Positions 46,329-56,354 of a stretch of 64,000 bases of DNA are shown piece after piece; positions within the stretch are counted from its first letter, which is position 1; each line of letters opens with the position of its first letter. The notes beneath the pieces were generated by a model. The model was given only the letters and a program-made list of their open reading frames with translations. It did not search any database and was not told the origin of the DNA. Source of the DNA: Verrucomicrobiia bacterium (GTDB lineage: Bacteria; Chloroflexota; Dormibacteria; Aeolococcales; Bog-877); the NCBI GenBank assembly GCA_035532155.1, contig DATKRN010000069.1:3233-67232 (forward strand), written 5' to 3'. Made by a program: the position numbers and the translations under genes.

Positions 46329-46922
46329 TCAGCTCGCCCCGGGCTCCCGGCGCATCGCCCACAGGGTCGGCCCCCCGGGCGGGCGCGTCTGCCCGATCAC
46401 CGCGAAGCCCCGGCGCGCGTAGAAGGCGACATCCCGCGCGGTCGCGGTGTGGAGCAGGGTGGGCACCTGCTCGAGGTCGCTGCGCTGGGTCCCCTGCTGG
46501 AGCAGCGCCGAGCCCAGCCCCTGGCCCTGGAGCGCGGGATCGGTGCCCAGGATGGAGAGGTAGCGGTAGGGCTGGGGCGGGAGCTCGCGCATCAGGGAGG
46601 CGAAGGTGGTCGCCACCACCGGCAGCCGGCGCCCGAAGACCCGCAGCGCCTGGGCGGTGAGCCGCGCCTGCGCCCACCAGCTGAGTCCGGGAGGCCCCGC
46701 CGCCGGCTGGGGCGCTTGCCAGAGCGCCGCCGCCCCGAGCCCCTCGACGGTGACCAGCTCGCCCTGGGTCAGCCGGCTGGCCGCCAGCTCCCAGGCGATC
46801 ATCTGTGCCAGCCGGCGGGGGCGCGGGCCGGGGTCGGGGAAGATCCACACCGTGGTGGGGTCATCGGCGAAGGCCCGGGCCAGCATCCTGGTCAGGGCCG
46901 GCCGCTCCGGCGCCGCCGCCAT
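46329..46922 (-). CDS. GNAT-family N-acetyltransferase
   Basis: GNAT motif A region QGQGLGSALL. Start taken at the internal ATG (MAAAPERPALTRMLARAF). Confidence 0.65.
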   Translation of the reverse strand: MAAAPERPALTRMLARAFADDPTTVWIFPDPGPRPRRLAQMIAWELAASRLTQGELVTVEGLGAAALWQAPQPAAGPPGLSWWAQARLTAQALRVFGRRLPVVATTFASLMRELPPQPYRYLSILGTDPALQGQGLGSALLQQGTQRSDLEQVPTLLHTATARDVAFYARRGFAVIGQTRPPGGPTLWAMRREPGAS

Positions 46923-46996
46923 CCGGCACGCCGGGCTGGGTCCGCCGACCATCCCCGGCCGGTCGGTCGCGGCCGGACCGTGCGGGTCGGAGCCGA

Positions 46997-47341
46997 TCAG
47001 ATGCCCGCCGGCTCCAGCAGGACGGTGTCGGGGGTCAGCGGAAGGTCGAACGCGAGCACGACCCCGCCGCGCTCCGCGACCCAGGTGGCGAACTGCTGGT
47101 GGAGGGGGTGCGGGAGGTATGCCGCCAGCTGCTCGGCGCCGTCGAACTCGATCATCAGGCCGAGCTCGTGGCCAAGCGAGCGCCCGCTGACGTCGGCCCC
47201 GAAGCGGACCCGGCGCAGGCCGTCGATGGTGCCGATCCAGGCGGCGATCTGCTGGCGCATCTGGGCGACCTCAACGGCACCCAGCCGGACGGGGAAGCGG
47301 AACAGGACCAGGTGCTGGACCGGGGTGGCGGCCTTAGCCAT
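46997..47341 (-). CDS. Dabb / stress-responsive A-B barrel domain protein
   Basis: 114 aa, VLFRF...LRRVRFGADV pattern. Start overlaps the stop of the upstream GS-like gene (ATGA). Confidence 0.7.
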   Translation of the reverse strand: MAKAATPVQHLVLFRFPVRLGAVEVAQMRQQIAAWIGTIDGLRRVRFGADVSGRSLGHELGLMIEFDGAEQLAAYLPHPLHQQFATWVAERGGVVLAFDLPLTPDTVLLEPAGI

Positions 47342-48813
47342 CAGAAGAACTCGAAGTATTCGCGCTGCTCCCAGTCGGTCACCTCACCCAGGAACCGGCT
47401 GACCTCCGCTCGCTTCAGCAGCACGATGTAGTCGACGATCTCCCGTCCCAGCGCCTGGCGGAAGAAGCTGTCGTGGTCGAGGGCGTCGACCGCCTCCCAC
47501 AGCGCCGCCGGCAGGCGGGGCGCCTCCTCCACGTAGGGGTCGGTTTCGACCAGGGGCGGCGGGGTGAGCTGACGCCGGATCCCGTCCAGGCCGGCGGCCA
47601 GGTTGGCGGCCAGGTAGAGGTACGGGTTGGCCGCCGGCTCGCCCAGGCGGTTCTCCAAGTGGCTGGTGGGGTCGCCGGGCTGGCCCTGCACCCGCAGCAT
47701 CGCACCCCGGCTCTCCACCGCCCAGTTGACCCGGTCGGGCGCGAACGAGTACGGCTTGAAGCGCTTGTAGCCATTGATCGTGGGGGTGGTGAACGCCGTC
47801 ATCGCCAGCGCGTGCTCCAGGATCCCGGCGGCGAAGTGGTCACCGAGAGCGGACAGGGGCCGGGTCCGGTCGGTGGCGAAGACGTTGGCGCCCGCGTGGT
47901 CCTGCAGGGACAGGTGCAGGTGCCAGCCGCTGGAGGTGATGTTGGGCAGGTGAGGGCGGCACATGAAGGTCGCGTGGTAGCCCTCGGCGTGGCAGATCTG
48001 CTTCACCGCGCTGCGGAACAGCACCATCGCGTCGGCGCTGCCGAGCCCGAGCTGGGGGTCGAAGGTGAACTCGCACTGACCCGGTCCCCACTCGTCCTCC
48101 ATCGTCCGCAGCGGCAGCCCCATCTGCTCCAGGTGGTCGCGCAGCACCGTCAGGATCGGGGTGAGCTGGTCCAGCCGGGTCTCCGAGAGCGCCTGATAGC
48201 CCTGGGCGAGGATGCTGACCTCGGGCGGCGCCGCCGGCCAGCCGGTCTCATCGGACCCGATTCGGCGGGACTCTCGCCGGGTGATGTAGAACTCCACCTC
48301 CAGCCCGGTGACGAACTCGTAGCCCATCTGCCGGGCCGCCTCCAGCTGGGCCCGCAGGACGTTGCGGGTGGACAGCGGCACCGGCCGGCCGTCGCTGTAG
48401 AACATGTCGCACAGCACCCAGGCGGTGGCCGGCGCCCAGGGCAGCACGACGAAGGTGGTGGGGTCGGGCACCAGCACCACGTCGGGCGAGCCGGTCAGCT
48501 CGGGGATGCCGAGTCCGATCCCGGCCGCGAACAGGTGCGTGAAGACGTGGTTGGTGGTGTCCATGCTCAGCAAGGCGCTGGTCATGTCGAGGCCGTTGCG
48601 AAGCGCCGCCGGGAAGTCGGGCGCGGAGCAGAACTTGCTGCGGGTGGCGCCGTGCTGGTCGGCCCAGCTGAGCCGGACGGTGCGGATCCCCCGCCGGGCA
48701 ACCTCGGCGACGGCGCGCCCGCCGGCCTCGAGCTGCGCATCGGTGAGGAGTCCGTGCTGCTCGACGAAGCCGAGCTTGCCGACCCCGAGGTCGCGCAGCG
48801 GAGTCGTGGGCAT
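47341..48813 (-). CDS. Glutamine synthetase-family gamma-glutamyl ligase (GlnA-like type III / GmaS-PuuA-like)
   Basis: GS catalytic-domain motifs (EVEFY, NGYKRF, MCRPHLP..SGWHLHLS). ATG at MPTTPLRDLG. Confidence 0.85.
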   Translation of the reverse strand: MPTTPLRDLGVGKLGFVEQHGLLTDAQLEAGGRAVAEVARRGIRTVRLSWADQHGATRSKFCSAPDFPAALRNGLDMTSALLSMDTTNHVFTHLFAAGIGLGIPELTGSPDVVLVPDPTTFVVLPWAPATAWVLCDMFYSDGRPVPLSTRNVLRAQLEAARQMGYEFVTGLEVEFYITRRESRRIGSDETGWPAAPPEVSILAQGYQALSETRLDQLTPILTVLRDHLEQMGLPLRTMEDEWGPGQCEFTFDPQLGLGSADAMVLFRSAVKQICHAEGYHATFMCRPHLPNITSSGWHLHLSLQDHAGANVFATDRTRPLSALGDHFAAGILEHALAMTAFTTPTINGYKRFKPYSFAPDRVNWAVESRGAMLRVQGQPGDPTSHLENRLGEPAANPYLYLAANLAAGLDGIRRQLTPPPLVETDPYVEEAPRLPAALWEAVDALDHDSFFRQALGREIVDYIVLLKRAEVSRFLGEVTDWEQREYFEFF

Positions 48814-48815
48814 GC

Positions 48816-49538
48816 CTACCTCCTCGCGTCCGTGGACCCGACCGGTGGGCAGATCCCCGGCGGGACCACCCGGGCGGTCCCCTGGCCGACCCGGCTCGCC
48901 GCGCGGGCGGCCGGCAGACACCGGCTGATCAGCGCGGCGTCGGCCGAGTGCAGAGCGGTGCTCGCCACCGTGGCATCCTCCAGCCGGAACTGCCAGAGAG
49001 CGTTTCCGGGATTGCCAGCATAGACGAGGAGGTCCCCGTCCCCGGCCAGGCAGGCGAGGTTGGCCGAGCCGCCCAGGCGGCGGTGGGTCTCGGCCAGCGC
49101 CGTGGCGGCGGCCACCGGCTCTCCCCGCAGACGCTCGAAGAGGCGAAAGCCGACCTCCGAGTCAGCCTTCCCCGCCAGCTGCCCGGCGACGAGCGGGCGC
49201 ATCTGATCGGCCAGGTCGAAGCGGCCGTTGTGGGCGAAGGCCAGGCTCCCGGGCGCATCCACGAACGGCTGGGAGTCGGCCAGCCCCACCGTGGTCAGCT
49301 GCGAGGGCCGCCGCCGATGGACCAGAAAGCGGTTCGAGTGGACCTGGTCGAGCCCGCCTCGGGGCCGGTCATCCTCGAGCCGGCCGGGGTCGCGATGGCC
49401 GGCGATCTCGCCGTGTCTGACCCACGCCACCCCCCAGCCGAACCCGGCGATCCCGAGTCGCTCCAGGGCCAGGGCCCCGCGGCGCACGCGCGCGAACGGC
49501 TGCGGTGTGGGGAAGGCGACGGCGAGGATCTCGCACAT
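48816..49538 (-). CDS. Class-II (Ntn) glutamine amidotransferase domain protein (YafJ/MgsA/EgtC-like)
   Basis: N-terminal MCEILAV (Cys2 nucleophile). Central H-NG-F and LAF-HNGRF motifs. The start is fixed by the obligatory N-terminal Cys. Confidence 0.75.
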   Translation of the reverse strand: MCEILAVAFPTPQPFARVRRGALALERLGIAGFGWGVAWVRHGEIAGHRDPGRLEDDRPRGGLDQVHSNRFLVHRRRPSQLTTVGLADSQPFVDAPGSLAFAHNGRFDLADQMRPLVAGQLAGKADSEVGFRLFERLRGEPVAAATALAETHRRLGGSANLACLAGDGDLLVYAGNPGNALWQFRLEDATVASTALHSADAALISRCLPAARAASRVGQGTARVVPPGICPPVGSTDARR

Positions 49539-49629
49539 CGGACGCTCACGCCGCCGACACGGGACGGCCAGGGCCGGGCGGGCGCTCCGGCCGGCAGCGA
49601 CACCGCCAGCTCGAGGGCGAAGGCCTTGG

Positions 49630-50071
49630 GCGGGAGCCGGCCGAGACCGATGACTGTCTCGGTCCGGTGCAGCCCCGGGATCGTCCAGATCCGGTCGACA
49701 AGGCATTCGCGAAGGGGTTCATGGCCGCGCCCGCGCAGCCGAACCAGCAGGTCGAGCGGGCCTGTCACCACCTCGACGTCCTCGACCTCGGGGATGGCGC
49801 TCGGCTGTCGCACCGCGTCCGGCCGCTCGCCGGCCTGCGCCGCCACCACCCCCAAGTAGGCCACCAGCATCAGCTCGAGGCGGGCCCAGTCGACCTCGGC
49901 GCGGTAGCCGCAGACCACTCCGGTGGGCTCCCATCGGCCGATCCGCTCCGCCATCGCGGGCGCGGACAGGCTCACCTGGGCGCCGATCCCGCGCCGCGAG
50001 GCCCGCGCGTCGCTAAGGAGCTGGACCAGGATCGCGCGATCGGTGGCGTCGGCCGCACCCGGGTCCGGCAG
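49630..50071 (-). CDS. Lrp/AsnC-family regulator, probably defective (no canonical start codon; open frame runs into the neighbouring gene)
   Basis: My translation of the reverse strand gives ...ADATDRAILVQLLSDARASRRGIGAQVSLSAPAMAERIGRWEPTGVVCGYRAEVDWARLELMLVAY... (HTH plus RAM domain). There is no ATG/GTG/TTG upstream of the HTH. The frame stays open for about 110 codons past the RAM domain and overlaps the GATase gene by about 240 nt. Confidence 0.4.
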
Positions 50072-50291
50072 GGGCGTCCCAGCCAGGAGGCGGTGGGCGA
50101 TGACCGCCGGATGGGCGCCCTTCGTCAGGGGGACTTGCCCATCCGCACCCTCGCGGCATACAGTGCATCCGCGCGCGACCCTGACAGGTTGCGGCCGTGT
50201 GCGAAGGGGGTGCTGTGGGAGGACGGTCGCCCGGTGCTGTGAGCTTGTGGGTGGGCCGGTGCGGCCGGGCCCCGGGGGGGGTGGGACACCT

Positions 50292-50720
50292 GTGAGCCAG
50301 GAGCAGCTCTACTTCACGGACCCGAGCACGCTGCCGCCCCCGTCCGAGCCGGGGCGGTTCGTCGACCTCCACGCCGACGTCGAGGCGGTGAGCTTTCGTC
50401 AAGGGCTGGTGTTCCGGCCGGTGCTGGGCCAGGGGGTCCTGGTGATGGAGGTCGCCTTCCAACCGCACGCCGAGGCGCCGCGGCACGCCCACGAGGAGGA
50501 GCAGATCACGGTGGTGGTCGAGGGCGAGCTGGAGTTCGAGATCGGCGACGAGACCCGGATCCTGCGCCCGGGGATGGTGGCGGTGATCCCGCCCCGGGTG
50601 CCCCACGCGGCCCGCACCCACGCCGCCGCGTGCCTGGAGTACGACACCTTCCATCCGCCCCGGCAGGCCCTGCTCGACCTCGCGGCGGCCCAGGCGGGGG
50701 ACGGCTCCGCCGAGCGCTAG
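50292..50720 (+). CDS. Cupin-domain protein
   Basis: GTG start. Cupin motifs HAHEEEQITVVVEGEL and GMVAVIPPRVPHAA. Confidence 0.65.
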   Translation: MSQEQLYFTDPSTLPPPSEPGRFVDLHADVEAVSFRQGLVFRPVLGQGVLVMEVAFQPHAEAPRHAHEEEQITVVVEGELEFEIGDETRILRPGMVAVIPPRVPHAARTHAAACLEYDTFHPPRQALLDLAAAQAGDGSAER

Positions 50721-50722
50721 CC

Positions 50723-51505
50723 GTGGAGCTCGGGCTCGGCGGTCGGCGCGCGATCGTCACCGGCGCCTCCAAGGGGCTGGGGGCGGCGATCGCCGAGGAG
50801 CTGGTCGCCGAGGGGGTGGCGGTGGCGATCTGCGCCCGCCACGGCGACGAGCTGGAGCGGGCGGCGGAGGGCCTGCGCCAGCGCGGGGGCCAGGTCTTCG
50901 CCCGGGTTGCGGACGTGACCCGGGCCAAGGACGTGGTGGGGTTCGTCGCGGAGGCGGCGGAGCAGCTGGGGGGGGTGGACATCTTGGTCAACAACGCCGG
51001 GCGGGCGCACCCGGGGTCGTTCGCCAGCCTGCGCGACGAGGATTGGCAGGCTGATCTCGACGTCAAGCTCTTCTCCCAGATCCGCTGTGCCCGGGCCGCC
51101 CTGCCGCACCTGCGGCGCAGCCCGGGTGCGGTGATCCTCAACATCAACGCGGTCTACGGCCGCCAGCCTGATCCCACCTTCTTCGCCACGACCGTCGACC
51201 GCGCCGCCTGCCTCGCCTTCAGCAAGGCCCTGGCGATGGAGGTGGCCCGCGAGGGGGTCCGGGTCAACAGCGTCAACATCGGGTTCGTTCTCACTCCCCA
51301 GTGGCGCACCGTGCACCGGCTGCGGGCGCCCGACCTCACCGAGGCCGCCTTCCTGGAGCAGATGGCGGCCGCCGAGGTGCCGATGGGACGCTTCGGGGAG
51401 CCCGCCGAGGTGGCCGGGGTGGTCGCCTTCCTCGCCAGCCCCCGCGCCAGCTACATCACCGGCGCGTCGGTCGACGTTGCCGGGGGCATGGGACGGTACG
51501 TGTGA
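50723..51505 (+). CDS. SDR-family oxidoreductase
   Basis: GTG start 3 nt after the cupin stop. TGASKGLG, NNAG, and Y-x3-K region (YGRQ..K). Confidence 0.85.
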   Translation: MELGLGGRRAIVTGASKGLGAAIAEELVAEGVAVAICARHGDELERAAEGLRQRGGQVFARVADVTRAKDVVGFVAEAAEQLGGVDILVNNAGRAHPGSFASLRDEDWQADLDVKLFSQIRCARAALPHLRRSPGAVILNINAVYGRQPDPTFFATTVDRAACLAFSKALAMEVAREGVRVNSVNIGFVLTPQWRTVHRLRAPDLTEAAFLEQMAAAEVPMGRFGEPAEVAGVVAFLASPRASYITGASVDVAGGMGRYV

Positions 51506-51658
51506 GCCAGCGCGTCCCCCCGCGGCCCGCGCCAGCCCCGCCCCCCGACCGCCAGGCTCAGCTCGCGACGGTCCCCGGGGCCGCGGGCGGTGCCGGCGGG
51601 TGATCGACCCCGGCCTCCTGACCCACCGTGTCACCCCGCCCGGGGCAAGGAGCAGCTG

Positions 51659-52078
51659 ATGGCGCTGGTGCATCTGGTCGACGAGTCGGAGGCGACCGGG
51701 CTGGTCAAGCAGGTCTACGACGACATCCTGGAGAGCCGTCAGCTGGAGCGGGTGCCCAACTACTGGAAGGCGCTCGCCCACCGACCCGCCTATCTCGCCG
51801 CCACCTGGGCCAAACTGAAGGAGGTGATGGGGGAGGGGGCGCTCGACCGCCGCACCAAGGAGATCATCGCGGTGGCGGTGTCGGCGACCAACAACTGCAG
51901 CTACTGCCTATCCAGTCACACCGATGCCCTGCGCAGCCTGGGGCTGGGGGATGCGGAGCTGCTGGAGCTGATGGCGGTGGTCGACTTCTTCAACGGGTCC
52001 AACGCGGTCGCGTCGGGACTGAAGGTCGAGTACGAGCCACCGGTCCCGCGCCGGGCCGCCTCGGCTCCGGGCGCGTGA
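51659..52078 (+). CDS. Carboxymuconolactone decarboxylase / AhpD-like family protein
   Basis: CxxCxxxH motif NCSYCLSSH. About 140 aa. Confidence 0.75.
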   Translation: MALVHLVDESEATGLVKQVYDDILESRQLERVPNYWKALAHRPAYLAATWAKLKEVMGEGALDRRTKEIIAVAVSATNNCSYCLSSHTDALRSLGLGDAELLELMAVVDFFNGSNAVASGLKVEYEPPVPRRAASAPGA

Positions 52079-52097
52079 GCCGGCGGGAGCCTTTGGT

Positions 52098-53192
52098 GTG
52101 ATCGACAGCCATTGCCACCCACTGGTGGGGGCGGGCGGTCGCCTCGACCTGTCCCAGATCAGCCTCGGCGTCGAGCCCGGGGCGGCGGGGGCGGACCGGA
52201 GCCGCCGGCTCGGCGGCGGGCGGCTCTGGCAGGATCTCCTCCAGGTCCGCCTCGCCCGGCATCTCGGCTGCGCCCCCCAGGAGCTGGCCGAGGCGCGGCT
52301 GGCGGCCAGCCGCAACCGGCCCAGCTACGTGGCCGGCCTGTTCCGGGCCGCCGAGCTGGAGGGACTGGTGGTGGACACCGGCTGGGGCGGCCGCGCCCCG
52401 GAGCGTCTGGCCGCGACCGCGGCGGTGGCGGGGTGCCCGCTGCGGCCGATGCTGCGGCTGGAGGCGGTGATCGAGGGGGCCATCACCGAGGGCGCCACCG
52501 CGGCCGAGTGCCGCGCCCAGCTGGAGGCGGCGGTGCGCGAGGCTGCCGACGGCGGGTACCAGGGACTCAAGACCGTGCTCGCCTACCGCACCGGTCTCGC
52601 CGTCGACCCGAACGCCGACCTGGACGCCGCCGACCGCAGCCTGCGCCAGGGGGGTGAGCTACCGGTCCGCCGACGCGGCAAGGCGCTGCGCGACTGGCTC
52701 CTGCGGACGGCGATGGGGTGGGCGGCGGAGCTGGACTGGCCACTCCAGGTGCACACCGGTCTGGGCGACTCAGAGATCCGCCTCGCCGAGGCGGATCCGC
52801 TCCTGCTCAGCGACTGTTTGGGCAGTCCGGAGGGCAGCGCCGCGACCGTGGTCCTGATCCACGGCGGGTATCCCTGGCACGAGGCGGTGGCCCACCTAGT
52901 GCTCTGCCAGCCCAACGTGTACGCGGAGCTGTCGCTGGTCAACCTGTTCGCCCCCGCGCTGGTGGCCGACCGGCTGCTGCGGATCGTGGAGCTGGCCCCC
53001 GCCGCCAAGATCCTGCTCGGCACCGACGGCCACGGCGAGCCCGAGACCCACTGGTTCGCGGCCGGGGTGCTCCGCGACGCGTTCGCGGTCGGGCGCGAGC
53101 GCTGCCGCGCCCTGGGCGCCCGCGCCGCCTGGCAGGAGGAGGTCGAGACCGCTCCCTTCTCCGCCAACACCGCCCGGCTCTATGGATTCTGA
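52098..53192 (+). CDS. Amidohydrolase-2 family metal-dependent hydrolase (TIM barrel)
   Basis: GTG start giving VIDSHCHP metal-binding N-terminus, then HTG...D and HGGYPW motifs. Confidence 0.75.
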   Translation: MIDSHCHPLVGAGGRLDLSQISLGVEPGAAGADRSRRLGGGRLWQDLLQVRLARHLGCAPQELAEARLAASRNRPSYVAGLFRAAELEGLVVDTGWGGRAPERLAATAAVAGCPLRPMLRLEAVIEGAITEGATAAECRAQLEAAVREAADGGYQGLKTVLAYRTGLAVDPNADLDAADRSLRQGGELPVRRRGKALRDWLLRTAMGWAAELDWPLQVHTGLGDSEIRLAEADPLLLSDCLGSPEGSAATVVLIHGGYPWHEAVAHLVLCQPNVYAELSLVNLFAPALVADRLLRIVELAPAAKILLGTDGHGEPETHWFAAGVLRDAFAVGRERCRALGARAAWQEEVETAPFSANTARLYGF

Positions 53193-54159
53193 GCGGCTGC
53201 GCCCGCCCACGATCACCGACGTCCTCGTGGCGCGGGCGCGGATCCGCCCCCACCTGCTGCCCACGCCGCTCCACCGCTGGCCCGGCCTGGATCAGCTGGT
53301 TCAGGCCGAGGTGTGGGTGAAGCACGAGAACCATCTGCCCACCGGGGCCTTCAAGGTCCGCGGCGGGGTGAACCTGGTCGCCTGCCTGGACCCGGATGCC
53401 CGCGCCCTGGGGGTGGTGGCCGCCTCCACCGGCAACCACGGCCAGTCGGTCGCCTTCGCGGCCCAGCTCTTCGGGGTCGCGGCCACCGTCTACGTGCCCC
53501 AGGACGTCAACCCGGTCAAGGCCGACGCGATCCGGAGCCTCGGCGCCACCGTGATCGCGACGGGACGCGACTTCGACGACGCCCGGCTCGCCTGCGAGGC
53601 TCGCAGCCGGTCCGACGGCTCCCGCTACATCCACTCCGGGAACGAGCCGCTGCTGATCGCCGGGGTCGCCACCGCCACGGTGGAGATGATCGAGGCGCAG
53701 CCCGACCTGGAGGTTCTGATCGTGCCCGTGGGAGGGGGCAGCGCCGCCGCCGGAGCCTGCATCGCCGCCAAGGCGCTCTGTCCCGGGCTGGAGGTGATCG
53801 GGGTCCAGGCGGAGGCGGCCCCCGCGGCCCATCGGTCCTGGCGCGAGGGCCGGCTCCGCGAGGCGGAGATGGCGACGTTCGCGGAGGGGCTGGCGACCCG
53901 CACCGCGTTCGCGTTGCCGCAGGCGATTCTGCGCCAGCACCTGGATGACTTCGTGCTGGTCTCCGAGGCCCAGCTGCGCTGTGCGATGCGGGCGATGCTG
54001 CGGCACACCCGCAACCTGGTCGAGGCGGCGGGGGCGGCGCCGCTGGCGGCGGCGGCCGTGCTCACCGACCGGCTTCGGGGTCGGCGGGTGGCGCTCATCT
54101 GCAGCGGCGGCAATGTCAGCTATGCGCAGCTCCGCCAGCTAGTCGCCGACGAGGCGTGA
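53182..54159 (+). CDS. PLP-dependent threonine/serine dehydratase-like enzyme (fold-type II)
   Basis: PLP lysine motif TGAFKVRGG. G-rich loop VPVGGGSAAAG. Confidence 0.85.
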   Translation: MDSERLRPPTITDVLVARARIRPHLLPTPLHRWPGLDQLVQAEVWVKHENHLPTGAFKVRGGVNLVACLDPDARALGVVAASTGNHGQSVAFAAQLFGVAATVYVPQDVNPVKADAIRSLGATVIATGRDFDDARLACEARSRSDGSRYIHSGNEPLLIAGVATATVEMIEAQPDLEVLIVPVGGGSAAAGACIAAKALCPGLEVIGVQAEAAPAAHRSWREGRLREAEMATFAEGLATRTAFALPQAILRQHLDDFVLVSEAQLRCAMRAMLRHTRNLVEAAGAAPLAAAAVLTDRLRGRRVALICSGGNVSYAQLRQLVADEA

Positions 54160-54181
54160 GCCCAGGGGGTCCTGGCGGCGG

Positions 54182-55216
54182 TCAGGGGCGGAGCACAACC
54201 TTGCTGGTCGCGCGCGCCAGCAGCCGGCGGTAGGCGTCGGGCGCCTCCTCCAGCCCACAGGTCTGGCTCACCACCTCGGCGGGGCGGAGCCGCCCGTGCT
54301 GGATCAGGCGGAGCAGGGTGTCGCGATGGGTGTAGGGGCGGCCCAGCACCGAGTGGACCGATAGGCAGCGCAGCCAGGTCTGACCGGCGGACTGGGGGAA
54401 GGGCTCGTCGACCAGCAGACCCACCAGCACCACCCGGCCGCCGGTGTCGACCAGGCGCCAGGCGGTCTCGAGCCCGGCCGGGCTGCCGACCGCCTCCAGC
54501 ACGACGTCCGCCCGGCGGCCACCGCTGTGCGCCCGCAGCTGGGCCAACGGATCATCGCCGTCGAGCGGGACCGCGCCCCGGGCGGCCGCCTGCGCGCGAC
54601 GCTGGGAGACCGGGTCGACCGCGTACACGGTGGCGGGCGCGAACAGCTGCAGGCACGCCAGGATCAGCTGGCCCACCGGCCCGCAGCCGACCACCGCGAC
54701 GGTCTCGTCGGGCGCGACCGCGGCGTCGACGCAGGCGGTGTAGGCGGTCGCCAGGATGTCGCCGACGAAGAGGGCGTCGAGGTCGACCATGCCGGCCGGG
54801 ATCGGAGCCAGGGTCATGTCCGCCAGCGGCACCCGGACCCGCTCCGCCTGGCCGCCCGCGAGGTCGCCGAAGAGGGCGCCGCAGCCGAACATCTGGGAGG
54901 CGGGACAGCGCGCGTGCTGCCCCGCGAGGCACCGGGGGCAGCGCCCGCAGGCGGTGTACATGGCGGCGACGCCGCGGTCCCCGGGGCGATGGCGGCGCAC
55001 CCCCTCGGCGACCGCCAGCACCTCGCCGCAGAACTCGTGGCCGATCACGATCCCAGGGACGGCCCTGGGCAGCTTGCCCCGCACCAGGTGCAGGTCGGAG
55101 CCGCAGATGGCGGTGGTGGTCACGCGCAGGATCGCGTCATCAGGGTCCTGCAGCCGGGGCTCGGGCACATCGTCGACGCCGACCTCCCCGGGAGCGTGCC
55201 ACACCACCGCGCGCAT
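54182..55216 (-). CDS. Zn-dependent medium-chain alcohol dehydrogenase
   Basis: Start MRAVVWHAPGEV. Catalytic Zn GHEFCGEV. Structural Zn CGRCPRCLAGQHARC. NAD motif VVGCGPVG. Confidence 0.85.
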   Translation of the reverse strand: MRAVVWHAPGEVGVDDVPEPRLQDPDDAILRVTTTAICGSDLHLVRGKLPRAVPGIVIGHEFCGEVLAVAEGVRRHRPGDRGVAAMYTACGRCPRCLAGQHARCPASQMFGCGALFGDLAGGQAERVRVPLADMTLAPIPAGMVDLDALFVGDILATAYTACVDAAVAPDETVAVVGCGPVGQLILACLQLFAPATVYAVDPVSQRRAQAAARGAVPLDGDDPLAQLRAHSGGRRADVVLEAVGSPAGLETAWRLVDTGGRVVLVGLLVDEPFPQSAGQTWLRCLSVHSVLGRPYTHRDTLLRLIQHGRLRPAEVVSQTCGLEEAPDAYRRLLARATSKVVLRP

Positions 55217-55376
55217 CCTGACCTCCCGCGGAGCCGGCCCGCTGCCGCCGGTGGGCGGCGCGACCCCGCCCGCCATCATCCCAGCTCGCGTGGCTCCCGC
55301 CCTCCGCCGCCGCTCGCAGCTGCTTCCCACCGGACGCCTGCGTCCGGGCGCCCAGGTCTTTTTGTCCTGGGACCAG

Positions 55377-56354
55377 ATGCGCCAGAGGCTCGAGCTCATG
55401 CTGCTGTCGCGCCGGTTCGACCAGCGCGCCATCTTGATGCAGCGGCTGGGCCGCTGGGGGGTGCACTCGCCGGTGGAGGGACAGGAGGCGGCGGTGGTGG
55501 GCTCATGCCTGGCACTCGACCCTGCCCGCGACTGGATCGTGCCCCAGTACCGCGAGCTGCCCGCCTACATCCGCCAGGGCCACACCCGAGAGCGGATCGT
55601 CGCCGCCCAGATGCGCCGCCCGGTCGAAGGCAGGATCCCTGACGGGGTCAAGCTGCTGCCGGTGCAGGTGGCGCTGGCAGCACAGCTGCCCCAGGCGGTT
55701 GGCCTCGGGTGGGGGCTGCGGCGCCAGGGCCAGGACGCTGTGGTGCTGGTCTACTTCGGGGATGGGGCGTCCTCAGAGGGGGACTTCCACGAGGCGTGCA
55801 ACCTCGCCGGCGTGGTCCGCGCCCCGGTGGTGTTCCGGTTCCAGAACAACGGATGGGCGATCTCCACGCCGCGCCGGCTGCAGTCCGCCGCCGCCAGCCT
55901 GGCGTCGCGGGCCACCGGGTACGGATTCACCGGGATGGTGGTGGATGGCCATGACCTGCTGGCCGTGCACTAGGCCACTCGGGAGGCGGGGGACCGGGCG
56001 CGCCTCGGCCGGGGCCCCACGTTGATCGAGGCGCAGACCTATCGGCTCGGCTTTCACAACACGAGCGACGATCCCCGCGCCTACGCCGACCCCAACGAGC
56101 TGGAGCAGGCCCGCCGGCTGGATCCGATCGAGCGGCTGGGGCGGTCTCTCACCGCCCACGGGGTCGGGGACGACGCGCGCGAGGAGACCGTTTGCGCCGG
56201 CATCGACGCCCGCCTCGACGCCGCCATCCAGGCGGCCGAGCGGCTGCCGCCGCCGGGCCCGGCGGCCCTGTTCGACGATGTCTACCAGCGGCCCCCGGCG
56301 CGCCTGCTGGCGAGCGCGCCCGGGCGGGAGCGGCTAAGGGTGGCTCGGCTGACC
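55377..56354 (+). pseudogene. TPP-dependent 2-oxo-acid dehydrogenase E1 alpha subunit (pdhA/acoA-like), disrupted by an in-frame TAG and loss of its own stop
   Basis: MRQRLELMLLSRRFDQR... then TAG at 55971-55973 falling between DGHDLLAVH and ATREAGDRARLGRGPTLIEAQTYRLGFHNTSDDP in the same frame. The E1 alpha C-terminus runs in frame into E1 beta (TAA present only out of frame at about 56330). Confidence 0.7.
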
